Assembly (NCBI GenBank): GCA_965202585.1 | Contig: OZ241828.1 | Location: forward strand, 54,870,001 to 54,934,000 | DNA length: 64,000 nucleotides | Direction: 5' to 3' | From: Thalia democratica | Taxonomy: Eukaryota | Part shown: one piece after another, positions 38,401 to 50,400 of the stretch | Numbering within the stretch: position 1 is the first letter of the stretch | How the letters are laid out: each line of letters begins with the position of its first letter | Translations under genes and position numbers: made by a program | The notes under the pieces: model-generated | What the model was told of the DNA's origin: nothing | Database searches by the model: none | What the model saw: the letters and a program-made list of their open reading frames with translations, nothing else

Positions 38401-41400
38401 TTTGTTTCATTATAATTTTCCACAAATGGGATTTTTAATTCAGATATAGATTGACCTTTAAATGTATTAAAATACCACTTTATTGCAAGACACAATAATT
38501 TTTTCATTATTACTATTATTATTGTTATTATTATTATAACTTTTATTAAGAATTTAAGCGCTTTCGAAATTCACAAACTCCCTTGTCAAAAATACTAAAC
38601 ACTCACAAGTTAACTAAACATAATATATATGGAGTGAAACTAAATCATTTGTAAAAAAAACACAAGTGATTAAAACGATAAGTAATTAAGTAAAATGGAT
38701 CATTAATAAACAAAAAAATAATTAAACCAAAATGGATTATTTAAATATATTAATAGTTACTCTTGATCCTTTATCAAGACCAAGCTGATTAATTATATTG
38801 GTTAGGGATTTTTAATTAAATGTTCTGATATTGAAGATTATTCATTGCATTTAAAGTTGCTATACTAAATGTTTTTTGCTGATTGTAAATATCTTCTCTT
38901 ACACACTTTGCAATTCTAGTTTCAAGATGCCTAGATGTATGACCAATATAACTGTTTGAACAACAGCATTAAAACGTGTAAACCACGCGACTTTTATGTT
39001 TTTTAGATATTAGGTTTCTACCTTTAGAACTTGATGTAAATTCACTCTAGGTTTAGCAATACGATATACTTTTTCCCTTAACTTCTTTATGTTTCTTTCA
39101 GTCTAAGTTGATTTTTTACCTGCATAAGGCAAAATCAAAAGAACTGGATATTTTCAGGACCGTAGGGTTTCATGTAATTTAATCTATTAATTTCAGTTTT
39201 AAAAACTATCAATCAAAGAATTAGGATATCCGTTCTATATTAGCATTTCTTTTATAACATTAAGTTCAAACTCAAAACTTCTGGAGAAAATATTTTCTTA
39301 GCTCTGTAGAATAAGGTTTTAATTAAAACAATTTTCTCCTTCTGTAAGATTGGAAATTTAGATATTGACCCGTGAACGTAGGTTTTCTGAGTACCGACGA
39401 GATAAATTTATTATATTTTATTTTGATCAAAACATCTAAGAACGATATTTGTTTATTTACTTCAGTTTCTTTGGTGAACTGGATAGCAACATGTAGGGAA
39501 TTTAATTTCTCGAAAAATAAAGAGCTAACTTTTTCACTGTCACTAATAATGAAACAATCGTCAACGTATCTTACGTATTTACATAAATTTTTGCTAGATT
39601 TTGTTTGTTAAAGTGATGTTTTCAGATTTTTTTAATCATACTTTCACTACTTATATAATTTATTTTACAATCCAAGTAGTTTAAAATGTAAAGTATATAA
39701 ATAAAGTTTTAACTTTCATTTAACGTTTCTGATTAAAAAACTTGATTTTGTCGGCGTAATTTTGTTCACTAGTATAAAACGAATTCTAATAAAAAAATTT
39801 AACTATAAACATTTATTATCTGTTGCAAAACACTGTACTAATGAACATTATTCCACTCAAGTTTTGGACTTTAAAATTCTAAAACACTTACACTCTGTTG
39901 ATATAAACTGTAAAAAAACACTTAAAGCCAAAAGTTCTAGCATTCCTAAAAGTTGACTCAGTTTAATTTTTGTCATAACTTTTCAAAAAAGTAGAAAATT
40001 GAAAACAATACATCAAATACTTTTATAGACGTTCTTTATAATTTTTTTGATTACCCTAGCTCCTCCTTACAGTTAAGTGTTCATACCATTTTTTGTTATT
40101 TTTGTAACTAATTTTTTTAAAGTTAACTTAGGTAAATATAGTTTGTCAGCTTTAATTTTTAGTCAAGTTTTTGCTTAAAATATATTGGATGTCCGACTAA
40201 TTTAAAGTTTCATTAGAGGTGTACTACTTACTAAATTGCTAAATAGACTATATTACATAACTTTACTACAAACTATAAACATATGGTTTGTTATAAGGTT
40301 ATAATTATCAAAGTACATAAATTATATGAGTATGGTTTAACATAACTAAGAAGCTATGTATTACTATATTGAGGTGTTGTGAGTCATTTAAACTCTATTC
40401 GATAACCAGTACTTAATTTACTAAAATTAATTTTAAGTTTATTCTTTTTTAAAGTGTTTGTTGCTGAAAAAGTTAACATTAAAATATATAGATAAACCTT
40501 TAAGTCCATTTAAATTTGAATACAACATACTATTTAAGTTTCTTTTTTGTTTAAAAGTAACTAAGTTGAAAAATGACATCAAGCTTAAAAAAGTTTAAAG
40601 TAAATTTGATATTAAAGCTCAAAAAAAGAGTATAATTTAGTATTTATTTTTACTAATTTTGCTAAGCATTAGCTCATAACAAATCTGTGAGGTACGAGAC
40701 TTAAAAGAAGAAATGTACACATAGATTTAATAATAATAAATTTTCAGTTTAGTACATATAAAAGTTTCATAAATAAATAACAAAAGCACTGTATCTAAAT
40801 AAAAGAGAAAAATATTTTTATTTTACCAATTTCATTTTAAATAATTCACTAATTTAATTTTATAAAATAAACAGTCAAGATGAAATGTATGTACTTGACA
40901 TAAAAACAGTTTTTTGCGTGCATGTTAAGACTGAAAAAATTGATCAAAAAAGGAAGACTGCTAATTTACGAAATAGTTTGTAATAATATTGTATTTTTTC
41001 AAAGTTTGTTTTGTAATTTATATTACACAAAAAGTTAAAAAAATAACTTTTTGAGTTTTTGTTACAAATTATGTTGGGTTATTTTATTGTTGTTTAGATA
41101 TTCGGAGAATTTAAATAAAACTAGATTTTATAATTACTATTTGTCATAAAAAATGTTAAAAATCAAAAATTAATTAAATTGAAATTTAATAACAACCGTT
41201 TGTGGAATTAGCTATTTGGACATTTTAAATAAAAGTAGATTTTATAATTATTATATCTCATAAAACTTATGTTGAAAATTAAAAATCAGTTAATCTAAAA
41301 CTTAATAACAGCTGTTTGTGGAAGCAGCTTAATTTTTTTTCGTAGTTTTTTAAGGCCATTTCGAAATCCAATATTTTACTTATGAAATTTAACACTAGCT

Positions 41401-44400
41401 TTTATATAAAACGCTACCTAGTTTATATAGAATTGAAAAAAAAATTGAAACAGCGTATTTTTTATAAAGTTTCTAACACAAACATGTGGACCACCAATTT
41501 TTCGTCATCAATTTTCTGAAAATAAAAAAGTTCACTAGAATCTATCTTTTCCTTAGTTAGTTCTAGAGACCTTAAACATTCAGTAAACTTCCCATATATG
41601 GCTTAATAGGTTTTGAATGTTAGAATTTAAAAAGTAGTTAATAATTATAATTTTCATAAAAAGAAAAAACAATAAAAAGTGTTTTGTTTCTAACTTTTTT
41701 ATTTTTAAAAGTTAAAATAATACGTGTATTGAAAATATTCAAATATTAGCAACGGACTAACTGTAAAAATTTAACGAAGAATAGTTAAATTATGAAGAAG
41801 GAGATACATTTTTAGTGAAATAGTATATTTTCGTGTTTTTTGTTTGCGCCTTTTATAAGAAACCTGTTGAGCTTACCTACTTCGATTACTTATATATCAA
41901 AATCACTTTGAGTTTTGTTAAGTGATAGATTAAACTATATGATACTTAAGATACAACTCTAAAAAATTAATTCAAATTTTTAAAAAACAAGGTGGTATTA
42001 AATTTAAACAAGCCTTATATAAATAAATTTTATTTTTAAGATTTGTCCTAAGTTTCTTAAATTTATTTTGTTATATAGACACTTTCAAACTATAAGCAAG
42101 CGAAAACTAAAATAATATATAAAACTTTTGATATAGTTGATAAATTCTAAGAAATGTAACTATTTATGAACTTTTGCCTTTTAAAATATCCAAAAAGGTT
42201 TTTTTGTTAAGATTTTTTTTAAACAGTTTTGAATAATTACCCCATTATTTACAATAATGCTAGTTATTATCTTTTTTCGACGTCTTCAAAACAGGATATA
42301 GTCGTTAAGAAAATTAGTTTTATGGTAATAGTTTAAATTTAGGTGGTCTTTTCAAACAAATATTTTCAGAACTCTAGATTTAGTTCATATTTTTTAGTCA
42401 CTTTTTAGTTTCAGGATATAGTTGTTAAGAAAATTAGTTTTATGGTAATACTTTAATTTTAGGTGGTCTATTTATACAAAAATTTTCGAAACTCTAGATT
42501 TAGTTCATATTTTTTAGTTTCTTTTTAGAAATTGATACTATTTACCTTTACTTGTTTGAAAAAAATTTTCCATAAAAAATATAATTTTAGCCAATTTAAT
42601 ACATACTACTTTTTATCTAAATTTGTTTCAAAAATCTTTCTAAATTTTTATAAAAAGCATAGTTTATTTAAATTTAGTTTTATTTTATACATTTTATTAT
42701 AGTTTTATTTTAAAGATATTGTCACTGTTTGTGGGATGTTTAACGATTTTTTTGCTACTTATTGTTGTTTGTTTCCAGTTTAGAAAAAAATATTTCCGAT
42801 ATCATAATAACAAAAACATGGCTAGATAAAAATGCGATTAAAGTAGTCAAAACTTATAGTAAGAGAAACAAAGCATGCTAGATCAGTCACTTTTGTAAGC
42901 ACCTTAATGAATTATTTAAAAACAAAACAAAATTGTTATCTTTTTATAATGAAAGGTCAACTTTTACTTTATAAGTAAAAAAATATTATTAACCCACCAC
43001 AGTTTAAAATTTTATTTTTTTGTGTTTATAGCTAGTATGGAGAGCTTTTTCGTAAACTAAGATTTATTTCTTTTTTTATACGTATAATGTTATAAAAAAA
43101 CTACTCATGTTTAATGATGAACCTTAATCTAACTCTTGTATTGTAAAATACTCTAACTCTGTTTTGAAATCATTATATTTAGTTTTATTGAATTTTATAA
43201 CAGTTCACTGAATGTTTTAAGTTTATTTAAAGGTTATGTGTGGTTTTTATATATTCTTTTGAACCTCTATTTCAAATTAGCTTAAAACTACGGGAAACAG
43301 AAAAAGGTATTTACAAAATATTTTCGTTTATTTACAAAACATTTTCAATTGTAAAAATGGTTTAGATGGATATTTTGTTTTTATACAACACTATTTTAAC
43401 GGTTTACATTCAAAACCTAGAAAGTTTTTAAAAAAGAACTTTTGTAAATGTTAAATAAAAAAAGTAGGTAGTTTAGGTCTGATTCTATAAATTTTTAAGG
43501 AAGAGCATAATGTCTCTTTATAATCTTAAATGTCATGAATATATCAGGTTATAGATCAAATTAAGTGCTTTTATATAAACCAACTACTGATAAAATCAAG
43601 TTTTATTTCAGAATTTTTGTAACATTCCTTTTTAAACTAGAACTTCTGAAAACCATTCGAATATTCAATTAAACTTGATTTTTTTTTTTCATAAAAGTCA
43701 ATTGTCACAGCACAATGTTAAGCTTGGTATAAAACACAGTTTTACTGTAATATAGCTATAAAAATTAATAACATTTAATCTTATGGTGCAATTTAAGAGT
43801 GACTTTGAGTTACATGCATTGCTATGAAAGAAGGTTGATATATAATCGTTTTTTTAATTTCTGGTTAGATTTTTATAATCTAAAACAATTTTTTTTAAAT
43901 GCTGTAATCATACCAACTACCACAACAATAATAAACTTAAGTTGTTTTGATAGCGGTATTTTTGTTACTATTATGCAAAAGTTACGGTAATTAAAATATG
44001 TTTAACAAAACAAGTAAACCAAATGGCTTCTGTGTGGTTCAACATTAACAATTTTACATTTAAAATTGTTGTTTATTTTAAATTACGAAGTAAATAAAAC
44101 TAGTATTATTAGTTTGATTTGTTTTTTAAGTTATATAGTTTTAGCTTTGTTGTAATTTATTTGATGAACATTATGAATCTATTACACTAAACTAGAAGTA
44201 AGTAATTTTTCAAGTCGGTGGGCCAGATCTTCCAAAAGACAAGTCTTTTGCACGCCGGACTTGTTAAAAAGTATCTTGACACTTTGCATAATTTTGAAAA
44301 AAAATACTTTAAAAACAAAACTGTAATGATAAAGTTGTCTGAAAAGCTTTCTACTATCCTGATTAACAAATTTCAAAACATTTTTAAAAACTTATTTATT

Positions 44401-47400
44401 TTGTGAAAGCTGTTCTCAACCTGAATTGTATGTCGTGGGTTTTTTTAATTAGAAGGCCGGATCCAGCCTGCGGGCTGTACATTGCTTACCTCTAAACTAA
44501 AAAGTTATAGTCTTTATACATGCTAATAAAAAAATACTATCCTGTAGTAATTTTTTGTGAAGAAATAATTAGATTATGTTATTATAAGAAGTTAGTTTGC
44601 TATTATGTTACTGCAATATAGTTTTTTAACACTCTTTGAAAAATAAAAACTTAGTTTCTTGAACAAAAACTTTATAAGAATCGATAACTTGCTCAACTAT
44701 TTTATTATTACTTTTGTTTGTACCGGCATTAATTTAAATCATTGTGTTTTCTTTAAAATAGTTTGTCTCGTTTTTTAAATAAAGCAAAAGTTAAGACGCA
44801 ATAAAGCTATAAAACGCACAAACTATAAAATTCGAGTTATTTTTGAAACTATAAGCAAATTGTTGCAGGCTGTATTTCAAGTAATTTGTTTTGTCTCTAA
44901 AATTATATGTGTGGGAGTACATTTTTGTATGTTTCTATAAAAGTACCTACTATGTTTAGCAAAACACGATCAAAAGTATTTTTAGTTTTGTGTTTTTGCA
45001 ATCAAAGAACATTTTTCTGGTTTAATCTTTTTGCATTGATATGTTTTATAGACAACATATTTTTTTTTACTTTTGTGTCAAAATACTTATATGTATGTCA
45101 ATTATAATAGTTTCACTTTTCTTAAATTTAAAAGTTTGATAGAAAGTTTTTTTTGAATAACTTAAGATTTTCTCAAAATAAAATATAACTATTAGTTTAG
45201 TTTTATTAATATAAATTTTTATTTGTTTTTAAAACTGAATTTTATTTTTTTTATAAAATAAGTCTATATATATGATAAAGAATTTTCTTCGTGTAGAAAA
45301 ATTAAGCAATTATTCATAAATGATATTAATTAAATAATTAAATTTTGCATTGTTTATGAATTATTTTGATTTAAATCATTTTATGAATGTTTCTTATAAA
45401 AATGTAACAAACAGTAGTTCATTTGGACATGAAAAGATTAAAGAAAAAAGAAAAAACAGTCTGAAGTATTTTGATTCAAAAAATTCTTCGAAAAAGGTTA
45501 ACATTTTTTTTAGTTTATTTTTAAATTCTGTATGAACTCAACATTAAAGTTTTAAAAAAAACATTTTTTTAAGTAACGTATTGTCATTAAATAGTTCACC
45601 TAGTTTTAAAATAAAATAAAAACTAACAGTTTTATTCTTAGATAATTGAAAAAACGCGGTAAAGATTTTTGAATAACTTATATTTTGTCATATATAAATC
45701 TTGAGTGTAACAAAAATGCCATGTTAGTTTAGCACTCTCATTTGGGTATGAGTAATACAGTTGGTTATAAAACAATTGATTTTTAGTATAATTTAAAAAA
45801 AGTTTTTTGAATAGCCAGCTTAGTTGTTTTTATACAATTTTATTTTTAAGAAACTGAATAAGCTGTTAAAGTAAAAAAAAAAAAACAATTTCTTAAAACA
45901 AACTGAAGCCGTAATGTTTACACTGTGTAATTATTATGAATAAATATTTTTAGTATCAATGCTAATGTAGGTAAATTTTCACAGTACAGTTAAAAAAGTA
46001 ATTTAAACTTAAAAGTATACAAACAGTGTAAACAAAAAAGCTCTATACTTATAAAATTTCAATGACAAAAAATATTTTAAATACAAGTTCACTTGCTCTC
46101 TTAAAATATTGCTAGTTTCATCATCATGCAAACTTCCTGCATTAAGCTTTTAGTTAACAAACTTACATATTAAACGAAAGTTCTACTTGATTATACTTTT
46201 AAATCAAAGTTTCCAATTCGTAAACATAAAAAAAAGAATAAACAACTATGATTTATTACTCTGTAAATTAGGAAACAATGTAATGTAAATAATTAATCAA
46301 AATTTCAATTTTTTTTGTTCTCTCCTTTGTGTTTATTCACCTTTTAAAGTTGCTGTAAATATTTGCCTGCTTGTTTAGTGAATCCAAGGTTAAGTTCTTT
46401 GTGCACATTAAACAGTAGACAAATTCTTTTGACCAATATCTTATAACTGTTTTGCGCACGAAGTATTTTGTTTGTTGCTTCAGCATTAGTTAATGTAAGG
46501 TTAACGTACAAAAGTGATACTAATACTAATTGGTCACCATTAAAAAGCTGATAGCAAGTTTACTTGGAGTAAAGAGTATATCTTTAAATAAAATACTTAA
46601 AGTTTACTTTTATGTATCTTGTTTAAATTATCATGTCTGTTCAAGCAGTTCTATGTAAAAGTGCTGAACAGTTGAATTTGTTCTACAGAACTGGCATCTT
46701 GCATTGACTGGAACGGATTTCAGTAATATTAAAAATTATTTCCCCGATTGGATGGAAACTGTTGCTTTGAAAGGTTTGTGACTTTTAGTTTACAAGTGTT
46801 TAAATAGCTAATGTACATTTGTCAGTTTTCAGATTAGTTATTTTTAGTAAGCTAAGTTATTAAACTAATAAATTGGCGAGTTTGTCTTATTTATAAACAT
46901 GTCTTATTGTTACCTAATGTACTTTTCAACGTAGGTCGCTTTTCAAGCACTAACTGTACCAATTATAATTAAAAAACTGTCACTGTAAACTTAATTGTTG
47001 TGTGATCTTCGTTGTTAAAAACAAACACTGTACATGAAATTAAGTAGCTCTAAATCAAGGAGACTCAACAACTCGAAACTTGCTTTTTGATCAAAAATAA
47101 GCAAATTATACTTAAGAGCACTATTTTATAAATTTAAAAAATGTTTCAATATAAAATAAAGTAGTTTGACAATTGAACATCTTCTAAACAGAACGTGCTA
47201 AATAATTATTATTCTAATAACATAAAAAAAAAACTCTAATAACAAACTCACAATTAAACAGAGTTGAAGTTCTAACAATAGATAAACTATACAAAATTAA
47301 TTAATAAAGATTTTTATTTGCAAAACTAAGTTTCACCCTTAAGGGATCTTCATTTAAAATCTGAAGAATAAAAGTTAAACATGGAAGATACTGTAAAGCA

Positions 47401-50400
47401 ATGTTGTACATTTGTCTCGTTATTTTTAGTTGAGAACAATTTTGTTCAATTTAGAACCTCAAAATATAAATCTATAAACAAACTGTTTAAATAAACAGCA
47501 AGAAAAACAAAATATTATATTTTTATTAACAGGCACGATATTCGCGCGCATGTCTCCCGACCAGAAGACGGAGCTGGTGGAGCGGCTGGACGACCTCGGC
47601 CACCACGTCATGATGTGCGGGGACGGGGCGAACGACTGCGGGGCGCTGAAGCGGGCCCACGTGGGAATCAGCTTGTCGGAACTGGAAGTTTGTTTGTCGG
47701 AAATGTACTTTTTAGTCGTCATTCTTGTGTACAATTAGGCCTCACGTTATCTCACGTGGGAATCAGTTTGTTTTCTGTGTTTTTGTTAAGATGGATTAAA
47801 ACTTATAAATTAAGTTTTTAATTCCTAAGCATTCCTCATACTTTGGTCTCGCATTGCCTCGAATAGAGAGCTAACTGTAAATACTGCTTACATGGCAGCA
47901 TTTGACAGATTGAATATAGGAATCAGCTTCTTATAACTTGAAGTTTGTTATTTCTAGTTGGAAGCTTTATACTTTAGAAAAAGTATTATAAACTTTGTCT
48001 TTTTCAAGGAGAAAATAAAAGTTTAATCAATCGTAAGTTTATTTCAGTACAACGTTGCTCCCTATTGAAGTCGTCAGTTATAATGGCTATTCGAAAAATA
48101 TTGAACCTCTTTTATGAATAAAAAAAATTTTAACTGGCGATCTCAATAGGGAGAAACATTTTGATCAACTTCCGATTGACAAAGTTTGTATCTGAAAGTA
48201 TACAAATCACAAATAAGCATTTTTAGCCGTACTTCCTAAATGCTTATCAAGTTTTATCAGATGCTTAAAATTAAAAACTGCTAATATGGGAAGATTTATT
48301 AAAAACATTAAAGTAGCTGAAGTAAATTACATATTTAAATAAAAACTAAAATAGTATTGAAGGTGTTATGTTGTGATAATAAAAAAAATTAAACAACTTT
48401 TTAAAGGAGTGGTATTTACGCCGAGCACCTTTAAACCTAGCGTGCATAAAGTTTATTTCAGTGTGCACAAGAAACTTACATAGGTACTTTGAAGTTTATG
48501 ATAAAGAGCGACAAAAAAGGGTCTCAGGCGTATTTAAGGGGAACTTTCGAAGTTGACATTTAATATTACGGAAAAATTTTGAAAACAGTTACTACATTTT
48601 TGGTGAGTTTTGAGCTTGGGGTGCAAAGAATTCTTTTATTCCAGTTTAGTGTGCACAGATTTCAATTACCGTGAAGACTGACACTGCTTTAAAGTGTAAA
48701 CAATGACCCTTGAAATTCTTTTTGGTCAATTACTGTTGCAATTTGATATGCAACCGATACCTTAAGTATTTAAAAGTGCATGGTCATTGTAACAGATGAA
48801 ATTGAAAAGCTCAAATTATTTTAGTTCTGCTTGAACTTTTGTAAATTATTTTTAATGAACGAGATATTTCTATTGTTTGATGCAATTTTTCATAAAAACT
48901 TTGAAGTACATTTTAATGTTTTTATATTGCTTGTACTTTTCAAAACAAACACAATTTAAATGGAGACTATCAAGAAAACTGTTAAAACAACGAGATTAGT
49001 GAAAATGTTTTTCAAATAATCTTTTCGAATAAAAGTAGAAAAAAGATTTCATTGCCAATTGGCGCACTTATTTTATATTTAATAACATAAATTACAAAAA
49101 AAAATTGCCATCAAACGTCTCTGTTCGACCTCTGAAAAAAGTTACAGTAAATTTGTAAACACAAACTCATCAATAAATTGATCATTTCAGGCGTCAGTGG
49201 CAGCTCCGTTCACGGCCGGCAGCGACCAGGGGATAGAGTGCGTGCCGCTTCTGATAAGGGAGGGCAGGGCGGCGCTGGTCACCTCGTTCGGAATGTTCAA
49301 GTTCATGGCGCTGTACTCGCTCATACAGTTCATCACGCTCACCATACTGTACAGCCACGTGACGCTGCTGTCCGACATCTGCTTCATGTACGTCGACCTG
49401 GTAGTGATCGACGTCGTGGCGCTGACCATGTCCAGGAACTACCCTTGCAAGTTTGTGCGAAGTTTCAATCGTTGTAACTAAATTAATTGAATGGCTTGTT
49501 GAGTTGTAATTTTTAAATTCTGGTTATCTTTTTTTTCTTGCAGAATATAAAGTAGTGTTTTTTTTTAATTACTTTTTGATTCAAAATCAAACATTCTAAT
49601 TCGAGTAAACTTAGAATGAATAGTTTTAAATAAAATAGTAAGAATGTATAAAAACACGTTATCTTGACAAATAGTTTTGCCTTTGAATTGTGGCAAGAAA
49701 TTTTGCATGGAAATGTGCAGCAAGACTCAGATAAAACAGACCTCAAGTAACTTTAATCACCAATAAAAAAAAAAACAGGAAACTGGACCGTCAGAAGCCA
49801 CCGACGAGCTTGATGTCGGCCGAGATGCTCACATCCCTGCTTTACAATTTCTTCATACAAGCCGCTGTTCAGATCGGTGCCGATTTCTACTTGAGTTCCA
49901 GATGCTGGTTTCACGAGGGAATAGAAATTGCCGATGGTTTGTGGTGAAGTTTAATTTTATGAACTTGAGCAAGCAATCTGATATTCCAAAATAAGTTCAA
50001 ACGAGTTTTAAATACTCGGTAATTATCAGGTGTAACATTTAAGCGTATTGCAAAACAAAGACTACATTGTTGTTCGGTTAGTTAGTTTTAAGTTCGTTTC
50101 ACTGTTGATTTGCAGTGTAGACATTTCAAAGTAAATTAGATTTTGATTTACATTGTTACAGAAATGGTTTTTGAACTATTAAGTTATGGGTTAGAAATGT
50201 TAATGTTACAAGTTTGATTTTTTTCAAAAACTTAGAATAAAATACAAAACTTTAATCACATAACTTTTTGTTTTTGTTAATTTATTTCTATTTTTACTTA
50301 ATCTTAATTTGTTAAGATAACATTTTTTTTGATTGGTATAAACAGAATAGAAAAAAATGATACATATATATTTATAGATGATTTTAAACTATTAACTTTT

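Noticed and set aside
39762-39956. Plus-strand ORF with SVAKH..EH...DFKIL, perhaps an inverted GIY-YIG fragment beside the PLE
   Set aside because: Only a few residues match and the YIG motif is not convincing; needs an HMM search.
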